In this document: piece after piece, positions 48,931 to 56,140 of the stretch | Numbering within the stretch: position 1 is the stretch's first letter | How the letters are laid out: every line of letters starts with the position of its first letter | Source of the DNA: an uncultured Candidatus Saccharibacteria bacterium | GTDB lineage: Bacteria > Patescibacteriota > Minisyncoccia > Minisyncoccales > UBA1441 | Assembly (NCBI GenBank): GCA_964647465.1 | Contig: CAZYFS010000002.1 | Location: 1 to 62,434, forward strand | Direction: 5' to 3' | Length of the DNA stretch: 62,434 nt | Program-made: the position numbers and the translations under genes | Notes under the pieces: generated by a model | Seen by the model: only the letters and a program-made list of their open reading frames with translations | Database searches by the model: none | Told to the model about the DNA's origin: nothing

Positions 48931-48959
48931 ATCATTACACCTTCGGCGTAAGCTTGCAA
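48931..48959 (-). promoter_or_regulatory. candidate nrdD promoter
   Basis: The minus strand reads TTGCAA, a 17-nt spacer, then TG-T-AATGAT (an extended -10-like element). The palindromes lie immediately downstream. Confidence 0.35.
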
Positions 48960-49050
48960 ATTTGTTCCTCTAAACCCCCCGAAAAATATAGAAGAACGAA
49001 AGAGCAGGAAAATCCCTTGGGAAAATTAGAAACTAAAATCATTTTTCTCC

Positions 49051-49085
49051 TAAATACAAAAAGCTCCGGCAAAACTTACCGAGAC
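49051..49085 (-). terminator. second terminator-like hairpin downstream of gmk
   Basis: The minus strand reads GTCTCGG-taagttttg-CCGGAG followed by CTTTTTGTATTT. Confidence 0.4.
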
Positions 49086-49171
49086 CTTTTATCTTCATTT
49101 CAAAAACGGTCTTTAATTTCTTAAAGAAAATTACGCCATAAACTTTTGTCAACTACACTCCCCTCCTATCA

Positions 49172-49207
49172 ATAAGAAAGATGACCGACCTCGAATCTTG
49201 AGGTCGG
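49172..49207 (-). terminator. intrinsic terminator of gmk
   Basis: The 8-bp GC-rich stem ccgacctc/gaggtcgg has a 7-nt loop and starts 5 nt after the gmk stop. The minus-strand tail is TCATCTTTCTTATT. Confidence 0.5.
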
Positions 49208-49211
49208 CTTC

Positions 49212-49862
49212 TTATTTTCGATTGGTTTCTTTTTTGAATGAGGCTTCGCAACGAGTCACGCGAATTCTCTCACTGATGATGATCGATGCCAGTTCTTGAA
49301 CAGCCGTATCTAGATCGTCATTGATAATCAGAAAATCGAAACAAGGTAGTTCCTGCATCTCGCCTTTAGCAACCTCAAGGCGGCGTTGGATCTTCTCCTC
49401 GTCTTCGGTATTGCGCTTGCGAAGGCGAGATTCGAGTTCTTTGGTTGAAGATGGTGTCAAAAATGCGTAGACAAACTTGGTTGCTCCCATATCCTTTTGC
49501 CGAAGCGCCTTAGCGCCCTTAACTTCAAGATTCAGGATGACATCGAGTCCTCGCGAGATGAAGTCGTTAATCTGTGAACGAGATGTCCCATAGTGGTCAT
49601 CCAAATACTTTACATGCTCGAGAAAATCGCCTTCTTTAATTCTTTGAACAAACTGCTCTCTCGAGATGAAGACATAGTCTTCTCCATTCACTTCAGAGGG
49701 ACGACGAGGCCGAGAGGTATAAGACACGGAATAAATGAGCCCTGGAAGCATCGCCATGACGCGATCAATGACCGAATTCTTTCCCGCTCCCGATGGACCA
49801 ATAACAACAATTGCCAATCCACTGCCAATTCCCTTCCGACTATCAGCTAAACTATTCGACAT
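49212..49862 (-). CDS. gmk: guanylate kinase
   Basis: P-loop GPSGAGKNSV plus TSRPRRPSEVNGEDYVF. I place the start at ATG 49862 (MSNSLADSRK...), 10 nt downstream of the SD AAGGAG. The ORF-track TTG extension to 49895 is probably spurious. Confidence 0.9.
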   Translation of the reverse strand: MSNSLADSRKGIGSGLAIVVIGPSGAGKNSVIDRVMAMLPGLIYSVSYTSRPRRPSEVNGEDYVFISREQFVQRIKEGDFLEHVKYLDDHYGTSRSQINDFISRGLDVILNLEVKGAKALRQKDMGATKFVYAFLTPSSTKELESRLRKRNTEDEEKIQRRLEVAKGEMQELPCFDFLIINDDLDTAVQELASIIISERIRVTRCEASFKKETNRK

Positions 49863-49955
49863 TTTGCAGCTGCTCCTTGAATTGTTCAACAGCAAGTTTC
49901 ATCTTTTTTGTTTTAATTATTTCTCCCTTCTCTAGAAAAACTAATTAACCGACTC

Positions 49956-50726
49956 TTATTTCTTTTCTATCTGACTTTTTAAGAACTCCTTTCCGCCCAT
50001 TCCCTCGAAGGCCCTTAGAATCTCTAAGGGAATAGCGAAGATTATTGTATTTGATTGATCGGAACTTATATCGTTTATCGACTGAAGAGTTCTTAAGTGA
50101 AGTGCTCCAGTTGTGCTCGATAAAGTTCTGGCTGCTTTCGCCATATTGTCGGCGGCCATTGCTTCCCCTTCTGCTTTAATAATCATTGCTCTTTTTTCTC
50201 TTTCCGCTTCTGCCTGCTTAGCAATCGTTCTTTTCATCTTATCTGGCAAGATGATATCTTTTAATTCAACGTTATTGACTTTAATTCCCCAAGGATCGCT
50301 CGCTATATCAATGATCTTTCTAATGCTTTCTGAAACTCTATCGCGCTGCGAAAGAAGTTCATCTAAATCAACTCGGCCAACTGCATCGCGCATCGTTGTC
50401 TGGGCCAATTGACTAATAGCATAATAGAAATCTTCTACTTCTAAAATAGCTTTCTCCGCTTCTGTCACCTTATAGTAAATAACAGCGTTGACGTTTACTG
50501 AAATATTATCCTTCGTAATCGCTTCTTGATTAGGAACATCAACTACCTTTACCCTTAAATCAACTTTTTTATAAGATTCAATAACTGGTAAAACTATTCG
50601 CCAGCCGGGACTCATTAGTCCAGCATATTTCCCCAATCTAAACTTGACTCCTTTTTGATATTGATTGATTTGGCGCAAAGAAGACAAAAGAACAAAAATA
50701 ATTACTCCTATAGTTGTCCAAAACAT
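49956..50726 (-). CDS. SPFH/band-7 (stomatin-like) membrane protein
   Basis: 256 aa with an N-terminal TM helix, the SPFH core (VDLRVKVVDVPNQEAITKDNISVNVNAVIYYKV) and AEAEREKRAMIIKAEGE. Confidence 0.85.
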   Translation of the reverse strand: MFWTTIGVIIFVLLSSLRQINQYQKGVKFRLGKYAGLMSPGWRIVLPVIESYKKVDLRVKVVDVPNQEAITKDNISVNVNAVIYYKVTEAEKAILEVEDFYYAISQLAQTTMRDAVGRVDLDELLSQRDRVSESIRKIIDIASDPWGIKVNNVELKDIILPDKMKRTIAKQAEAEREKRAMIIKAEGEAMAADNMAKAARTLSSTTGALHLRTLQSINDISSDQSNTIIFAIPLEILRAFEGMGGKEFLKSQIEKK

Positions 50727-50828
50727 ATTTTATTTTATTAATGATAAATTCTACTCTCCTTTAATCTTACTACAACAAACAAACAAGGCAACTAGACTTA
50801 AATAGATTCCCTCTCATTTAAACAATAA

Positions 50829-51275
50829 TTACTCTTCTTTCTTTATTTCTTTTTTGATAGTTAACCAATGATAAAGATACAAAGGAAAGCCGATTAAAAT
50901 AAGAGCAAAGGCTCCGGCAGCTGTTCTTTGTCTCTCAATCGCTTTAATATCTTCTGCGCTTACTTGGCTTGTTTTTTGCTCTTGATAATCTTCCAGCCAA
51001 CTCCCCAAAAGGATTTGTTGTTCCTCGGAAAGATCAGATTCGTTTTGACAAGCTTCTGCTATTTTTTGGATATCATCGGCTGTTGTTTCGTCAACCGACC
51101 CCTTCAGTCCCATTAAAGGGATGGCTTGCCGGTAGGTTTCCTCCTCAGCCATTGGGAAAACATACATTCTCAATCCAAGACCAACTAACTGTACTGCTCC
51201 GGTGGTTAGAAGAGTTAATCCAACCAAAGTAAAGAGATAGAGATAAATTGTTCGCACCAAAGGATGTCTTTTCAT
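50829..51275 (-). CDS. membrane protein, unknown function
   Basis: 148 aa with one N-terminal and one C-terminal TM helix flanking an acidic loop. Confidence 0.45.
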   Translation of the reverse strand: MKRHPLVRTIYLYLFTLVGLTLLTTGAVQLVGLGLRMYVFPMAEEETYRQAIPLMGLKGSVDETTADDIQKIAEACQNESDLSEEQQILLGSWLEDYQEQKTSQVSAEDIKAIERQRTAAGAFALILIGFPLYLYHWLTIKKEIKKEE

Positions 51276-51306
51276 GTTGTTTATGTTTTATTAATTAAAG
51301 ATATAT

Positions 51307-52374
51307 TTAAACTCCACTTCTAATTATGATAACATCCCCATCCTGAATAAGATAATTCTTTCCTTCCATTCGGACCAACCCCTTTTTCTGAGCTGACGAG
51401 AATCCTCCGCTCGCCAAAAGTTCTTCCCATTGAATAACATCTGCCTTGATAAAGTTTTTCTCGAAATCAGTATGAATCACTCCTCCGGCTTGAGGAGCTG
51501 TCGATCCTTTTTTAAGCGTCCAGGCTCGAGCTTCATCTGGCCCAGTCGTAAAAAAAGTTATTAAATCTAACAAAGAATAGGTTTTTCTCACAAAAGTATT
51601 GACGTTCAGTTTCTCTGCTATCCCAAAAGATATTCTTTCCTCTAAAGATAAATTGGCTCCATCAAATTCAGTTAAAATATCCATCACGAGATAGGGCCAT
51701 TTATTCTTTTCGAAAACATCAATGACTTTCTTGTCTATTTCTTCTTCTTTCCCGTTTAATAAATAAAGACGTTGCTTTAAAGTAAGCAACTGATATTCCT
51801 TTAAGATTTTTTGTTCGCGATCATTAAAAACCTCTTCCGATAAAATCCCTCCTTTATCAAGGATAGCTTGAGCCTTTCTCAACGCCATTAATTCTAGTTC
51901 TTCTTCTTTATCGTTTGTTTTTGCTTTTTTTGCGATGGCGTTGATCCTTTTTTCTAAGGTTACCAAATCTTTAAGAGCCATTTCCGTATCCAAAATTTCT
52001 TTGTCGCGCAAAATATCAATACTCGGTTGAACATTGATAATCTGGTCATTAACAAAAGCCCGCAAAACATAAACAATCATATCCACTTCACGAACGTTGG
52101 CTAAGAACTTATTTCCCAGTCCCTTTCCTTTGCTTGCTCCTTTAACTAAGCCCGCGATATCAACAAACTCTATGACTGTATATATTTTCTTCAACGAATG
52201 AGCCAAAGCTGCTAATTTATCCACCCTATTGTCGGGAACCATTACTGTCCCGACATTGGGATCAATCGTACAAAAGGGATAATTAGCCCTATCGATTTCT
52301 TTCCTGGTTATAACTTGGAACAAGGTTGATTTTCCAACATTAGGTAAACCAACGATTCCGATATGAAGTGGCAT
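51307..52374 (-). CDS. ychF: ribosome-binding ATPase YchF
   Basis: 355 aa with GIVGLPNVGKSTLF, DIAGLVKGAS and the C-terminal TGS/YchF domain (RAWTLKKGSTAPQAGGVIHTDFEKNFI). Confidence 0.95.
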   Translation of the reverse strand: MPLHIGIVGLPNVGKSTLFQVITRKEIDRANYPFCTIDPNVGTVMVPDNRVDKLAALAHSLKKIYTVIEFVDIAGLVKGASKGKGLGNKFLANVREVDMIVYVLRAFVNDQIINVQPSIDILRDKEILDTEMALKDLVTLEKRINAIAKKAKTNDKEEELELMALRKAQAILDKGGILSEEVFNDREQKILKEYQLLTLKQRLYLLNGKEEEIDKKVIDVFEKNKWPYLVMDILTEFDGANLSLEERISFGIAEKLNVNTFVRKTYSLLDLITFFTTGPDEARAWTLKKGSTAPQAGGVIHTDFEKNFIKADVIQWEELLASGGFSSAQKKGLVRMEGKNYLIQDGDVIIIRSGV

Positions 52375-52440
52375 TAATTTAAATTTTAATAACTTTCTTT
52401 ATTCTAGTCCTTTTTTCTTTTTTTCTCAATCATTATAATA

Positions 52441-52468
52441 AAAAAAACGAACACTAAGTGTATGTTCG
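52441..52468 (-). terminator. intrinsic terminator after the Gly-rich small ORF
   Basis: The minus strand reads CGAACA-tacacttag-TGTTCG followed by TTTTTTT. Confidence 0.55.
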
Positions 52469-52507
52469 ATTTTTAGAAAAAAACTTCTCTCGTCTCTACT
52501 ATCAAGA

Positions 52508-52678
52508 TTAATCCTCCCTTATCCCGGCACCACCGGTAGAATCATTAGGACCAGAAAAACAACCCAATAGCTGACCTCCTCCTGAACTATCTCTGGGACC
52601 AAGAAGATAAACTCTATATCCACCACCACCGTCACCGTCTTTGGGTCCAACATTTTTAATGTGATTTATTATTTTCAT
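52508..52678 (-). CDS. 56-aa Gly-rich peptide with three GPxD..GGG repeats (not in the ORF track)
   Basis: My translation is MKIINHIKNVGPKDGDGGGGYRVYLLGPRDSSGGGQLLGCFSGPNDSTGGAGIRED followed by TAA. It has its own terminator, and a TATAAT lies 8 nt upstream of the ATG. The triple in-frame repeat argues for coding. Confidence 0.45.
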   Translation of the reverse strand: MKIINHIKNVGPKDGDGGGGYRVYLLGPRDSSGGGQLLGCFSGPNDSTGGAGIRED

Positions 52679-52712
52679 AATTAAGTATTATAAATTTTAA
52701 GAATTATTGAAT

Positions 52713-53030
52713 TTATTCTTCCAATTTTACAGCCGTACCATAAACTAAAAGCTCGGCTGCTCCAGTAAGAATCTGAGAAGTAGTAAAGCGAACGCAAACA
52801 ATTGCATCAGCTTTCATCTCTTCCGCATCTTTAGTCATCCTTTCAATGGCTATTTCTCTCGCTTCTTCTAGGGCTTCAGTATATTCTTTAATCTCGCCAC
52901 CTACTATCCCTCGTAGACCCGCAATAATATCTTTGCCAAGATGCTTGGCTCTAATCGTACTCCCTCGGACTAAACCTAAACTTTCCTTGATTTCTTTCCC
53001 TATAATTTGGTCAGAAGTTGTAATTATCAT
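52713..53030 (-). CDS. YbjQ/UPF0145 family protein
   Basis: 105 aa. MIITTSDQIIGKEI...VRGSTIRAKHLGKDIIAGLRGIVGGEI...A...VYGTAVKL is the canonical UPF0145 pattern. Confidence 0.8.
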   Translation of the reverse strand: MIITTSDQIIGKEIKESLGLVRGSTIRAKHLGKDIIAGLRGIVGGEIKEYTEALEEAREIAIERMTKDAEEMKADAIVCVRFTTSQILTGAAELLVYGTAVKLEE

Positions 53031-53224
53031 GATTTTTTTTCTTTAATTCTTTCTCTAACAAGAGAAATTAAAATAATAATGATTCCTAAGAAAATTGTTA
53101 TAATTGCCCACTTAACTACAATCGGGATTGTTAAATCTTTTAGAAATTCAGCCAAACCAAAACCGATTAGAGTCAAAAAACCGACCGAAAGAACTCCTAC
53201 TCCTAAAATATTCCAGATCTTCAT
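53027..53224 (-). CDS. small 2-TM membrane protein
   Basis: 65 aa, hydrophobic. It overlaps the ybjQ-like start by 4 nt. Confidence 0.4.
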   Translation of the reverse strand: MKIWNILGVGVLSVGFLTLIGFGLAEFLKDLTIPIVVKWAIITIFLGIIIILISLVRERIKEKKS

Positions 53225-53298
53225 CTTTTAATCGTAATAAAAATTAAGAAAATACTAATCTCATCTAAAGGGTTTTAATCTCTTGAATTATCCTAAAA

Positions 53299-53763
53299 TT
53301 AGGACTTGGCTTTTACTGATTTCTTTTCTCTATTCTTTATCAACAAGATAATACTTCCTATCGTTCCAACACAAAAAGCAATTGGGCAAACAATTATTGT
53401 CAACAGGAAAAACCCCATTGTGAATGTTTTCTCCAACAAAAACAATAAAACATCCAAGAAAATTGAATTACTCGTTATTGTGACTAAGGCATAAAAAAGA
53501 CTATGCAAAAAAAGGTAGATAAAAAAACTCGCTGAGGAAATTCCCGTTAACATTAAAAAACGTCGGGTATTTCCTTTTGTTTCGCTTTTTTTAGTTAAAA
53601 ATATTAAAATTCCTCCGACTAAAGAGGAGATTATCAAAGGAATCGAAGACACCCAACCTAGTTGAGTAGAATCTCCAATCGAGAGAATAAAAGCCTGACC
53701 AACAACAAGAAAAGCTGTTGCCACCTGAAGCCAAAATACAAACAATAAGGATCTCTTTATCAT
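53299..53763 (-). CDS. 4-TM membrane protein, unknown function
   Basis: 154 aa, hydrophobic. Its first 41 codons (53641..53763) lie inside the duplicated segment. Confidence 0.5.
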   Translation of the reverse strand: MIKRSLLFVFWLQVATAFLVVGQAFILSIGDSTQLGWVSSIPLIISSLVGGILIFLTKKSETKGNTRRFLMLTGISSASFFIYLFLHSLFYALVTITSNSIFLDVLLFLLEKTFTMGFFLLTIIVCPIAFCVGTIGSIILLIKNREKKSVKAKS

Positions 53764-53813
53764 TAATTTATTTTACCAGAAAAACAATTTCTTGGATAGG
53801 ATAAATTTCTGTT

Positions 53814-54125
53814 TTAGTTAAGCTCCCCTTTTTGTTCTTCGGTTGAATTTGTTTTAACAATTTTAATCGCCCGTCCTTCGATTAAAGCACGAGTTATTTT
53901 TTTATAAGCCGAAGATAAGATCCTCTGCAAGGTACTTTGAGAAGTATTCATTTTCTCGGCTACCGCTTGTTGATTTAGATTTTCTATATTTTTTAGCCTC
54001 AAAGCTTCTATCTCTTCCGTCGTTAGTTCGGTTACCTTGAGATGCATCATCGGAACTCCTAAGGGTTTAAAATAAGTAATGTCCGGAGAAAAACTAACTC
54101 TTCGACAAAGTCTCGGTCTTGACAT
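53814..54125 (-). CDS. DUF134 (UPF0251) family predicted DNA-binding protein, copy 1
   Basis: I place the start at MSRPRLCRRVSFSPDITYFKP (the DUF134 N-terminal signature). A sigma-r4-like HTH follows (LTTEEIEALRLKNIENLNQQAVAEKMNTSQSTLQRIL). The ORF-track start at 54167 adds 14 unlikely residues. Confidence 0.75.
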   Translation of the reverse strand: MSRPRLCRRVSFSPDITYFKPLGVPMMHLKVTELTTEEIEALRLKNIENLNQQAVAEKMNTSQSTLQRILSSAYKKITRALIEGRAIKIVKTNSTEEQKGELN

Positions 54126-54154
54126 AATAATTAATTGTTCAAAGAAAAAGATTT

Positions 54155-54181
54155 CCCGACTCCTCAAATTAAGAAGTCGGG
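54155..54181 (-). terminator. intra-operon terminator/attenuator-like hairpin between the DUF5320 and DUF134 genes (also at 55408..55434)
   Basis: The minus strand reads CCCGACT-tcttaatttgagg-AGTCGGG followed by AAATCTTTTTCTTT. Confidence 0.4.
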
Positions 54182-54192
54182 AATAATCTTTT

Positions 54193-54459
54193 TTATTTCT
54201 GGTTCTCTATTTCTGCTAAGCGCTCTTTGATTGCTTTCAATTCTTCTTCCAAGGAAGTTGCTTCATCTGTCAACATTTCGTTTTCTTCTCGGCGAGTGAA
54301 AAATCGGCGACCAAGTCTTGGTCCATAACCGTATCCACTACCGTATCCAGCTCCGTATCCTCCTCCGTATCCTCCTCGAGCACCTGCTCCACAGGGACCT
54401 ACTCCTCGTCCAGTTCCTGCTCCTAATCCAGCAGGTCCAGATCCATCAAATCTTGGCAT
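54193..54459 (-). CDS. DUF5320 family protein (Gly-rich N-terminus, coiled-coil C-terminus), copy 1
   Basis: 88 aa. MPRFDGSGPAGLGAGTGRGVGPCGAG...GYG repeats...LEEELKAIKERLAEIE matches my recollection of DUF5320. Confidence 0.7.
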   Translation of the reverse strand: MPRFDGSGPAGLGAGTGRGVGPCGAGARGGYGGGYGAGYGSGYGYGPRLGRRFFTRREENEMLTDEATSLEEELKAIKERLAEIENQK

Positions 54460-54520
54460 AATTGTTTTATAGTTTTAATTTTTTCTTAATAGTTCGACTT
54501 TTATAATAACTATTATAATG

Positions 54521-54549
54521 AGTATATACCCACAACAATATCTTGTCAA
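54521..54549 (-). promoter_or_regulatory. sigma70-like promoter of the DUF5320-DUF134 unit (copy 1; identical copy at 55774..55802)
   Basis: The minus strand reads TTGACA, a 17-nt spacer, then TATACT. The imperfect palindrome TTATAATA-AC-TATTATAA (54501-54518) lies 2 nt downstream of the -10 element. Confidence 0.5.
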
Positions 54550-54623
54550 GTCCCAATTGTTCTATTTTTAATTTATTACTTTGCCAAGAATTAGCTTTTC
54601 TTTTAAAGCTTTTAGCTTTTTTA

Positions 54624-54815
54624 CTACTCCAAAGTAATAGCTGCAACGGGACAAGCTTTTATCGCTTGTTCTATGCATTCAGCATCCGCATTTTTAACTT
54701 TTGATTTTCCGTCAATGATTTCAAAGCCTTCTGGGCATACACTTTGGCAAGCACCACAGCCAAAACATTTGGTTCTGTCAATTTTTACTTTTTGATTTGT
54801 TTTATTATTTTCCAT
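54624..54815 (-). CDS. small single-cluster 4Fe-4S ferredoxin, copy 1
   Basis: I place the start at MENNKTNQKVKIDRTKC. The cluster motif is CFGCGACQSVCP plus the distal CP (KACPVAAI). Confidence 0.75.
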   Translation of the reverse strand: MENNKTNQKVKIDRTKCFGCGACQSVCPEGFEIIDGKSKVKNADAECIEQAIKACPVAAITLE

Positions 54816-54839
54816 AATTAAAATTTTAATAATACACAA

Positions 54840-55016
54840 TTAATAACCTAATCTCTGTTTTGAATTTATGTCTAAAAAAATAACTCGTGCTTTAATCGAA
54901 GACACCCAACCTAGTTGAGTAGAATCTCCAATCGAGAGAATAAAAGCCTGACCAACAACAAGAAAAGCTGTTGCCACCTGAAGCCAAAATACAAACAATA
55001 AGGATCTCTTTATCAT
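54840..55016 (-). pseudogene. duplication-generated chimeric fragment: the first 41 codons of the 53299..53763 membrane gene fused to junction sequence
   Basis: 54894..55016 is identical to 53641..53763. The reading frame continues through the junction as ...GWVSSIKARVIFLDINSKQRLGY, then a stop (58 aa). Confidence 0.7.
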
Positions 55017-55066
55017 TAATTTATTTTACCAGAAAAACAATTTCTTGGATAGGATAAATTTCTGTT

Positions 55067-55378
55067 TTAGTTAAGCTCCCCTTTTTGTTCTTCGGTTGAA
55101 TTTGTTTTAACAATTTTAATCGCCCGTCCTTCGATTAAAGCACGAGTTATTTTTTTATAAGCCGAAGATAAGATCCTCTGCAAGGTACTTTGAGAAGTAT
55201 TCATTTTCTCGGCTACCGCTTGTTGATTTAGATTTTCTATATTTTTTAGCCTCAAAGCTTCTATCTCTTCCGTCGTTAGTTCGGTTACCTTGAGATGCAT
55301 CATCGGAACTCCTAAGGGTTTAAAATAAGTAATGTCCGGAGAAAAACTAACTCTTCGACAAAGTCTCGGTCTTGACAT
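55067..55378 (-). CDS. DUF134 (UPF0251) family predicted DNA-binding protein, copy 2
   Basis: Identical to copy 1. Confidence 0.75.
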   Translation of the reverse strand: MSRPRLCRRVSFSPDITYFKPLGVPMMHLKVTELTTEEIEALRLKNIENLNQQAVAEKMNTSQSTLQRILSSAYKKITRALIEGRAIKIVKTNSTEEQKGELN

Positions 55379-55445
55379 AATAATTAATTGTTCAAAGAAA
55401 AAGATTTCCCGACTCCTCAAATTAAGAAGTCGGGAATAATCTTTT

Positions 55446-55712
55446 TTATTTCTGGTTCTCTATTTCTGCTAAGCGCTCTTTGATTGCTTTCAATTCTTCT
55501 TCCAAGGAAGTTGCTTCATCTGTCAACATTTCGTTTTCTTCTCGGCGAGTGAAAAATCGGCGACCAAGTCTTGGTCCATAACCGTATCCACTACCGTATC
55601 CAGCTCCGTATCCTCCTCCGTATCCTCCTCGAGCACCTGCTCCACAGGGACCTACTCCTCGTCCAGTTCCTGCTCCTAATCCAGCAGGTCCAGATCCATC
55701 AAATCTTGGCAT
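55446..55712 (-). CDS. DUF5320 family protein, copy 2
   Basis: Identical to copy 1. Confidence 0.7.
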   Translation of the reverse strand: MPRFDGSGPAGLGAGTGRGVGPCGAGARGGYGGGYGAGYGSGYGYGPRLGRRFFTRREENEMLTDEATSLEEELKAIKERLAEIENQK

Positions 55713-55876
55713 AATTGTTTTATAGTTTTAATTTTTTCTTAATAGTTCGACTTTTATAATAACTATTATAATGAGTATATACCCACAACAATATCTTGTC
55801 AAGTCCCAATTGTTCTATTTTTAATTTATTACTTTGCCAAGAATTAGCTTTTCTTTTAAAGCTTTTAGCTTTTTTA

Positions 55877-56068
55877 CTACTCCAAAGTAATAGCTGCAAC
55901 GGGACAAGCTTTTATCGCTTGTTCTATGCATTCAGCATCCGCATTTTTAACTTTTGATTTTCCGTCAATGATTTCAAAGCCTTCTGGGCATACACTTTGG
56001 CAAGCACCACAGCCAAAACATTTGGTTCTGTCAATTTTTACTTTTTGATTTGTTTTATTATTTTCCAT
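55877..56068 (-). CDS. small 4Fe-4S ferredoxin, copy 2
   Basis: Identical to copy 1. Confidence 0.75.
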   Translation of the reverse strand: MENNKTNQKVKIDRTKCFGCGACQSVCPEGFEIIDGKSKVKNADAECIEQAIKACPVAAITLE

Positions 56069-56140
56069 AATTAAAATTTTAATAATACACAATTAATAAC
56101 CTAATCTCTGTTTTGAATTTATGTCTAAAAAAATAACTTA

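Larger units (their letters stand above)
53641..54885. repeat. tandem direct repeat, copy 1 (1245 bp)
   Basis: By my reading it is identical to 54894..56138 at an offset of 1253 nt. All three encoded proteins are identical in the ORF track. Confidence 0.95.
54894..56138. repeat. tandem direct repeat, copy 2 (1245 bp)
   Basis: See copy 1. The copies are separated by the 8-nt filler cgtgcttt (54886-54893). Confidence 0.95.

Noticed and set aside
49124-49152. TTGACA at 49147-49152 as a promoter for a riboswitch or sRNA preceding the 49051-49085 hairpin
   Set aside because: No acceptable -10 hexamer exists at 16-18 nt spacing. The putative antiterminator pairing is only 5 bp. The hairpin is more simply a second terminator after gmk.
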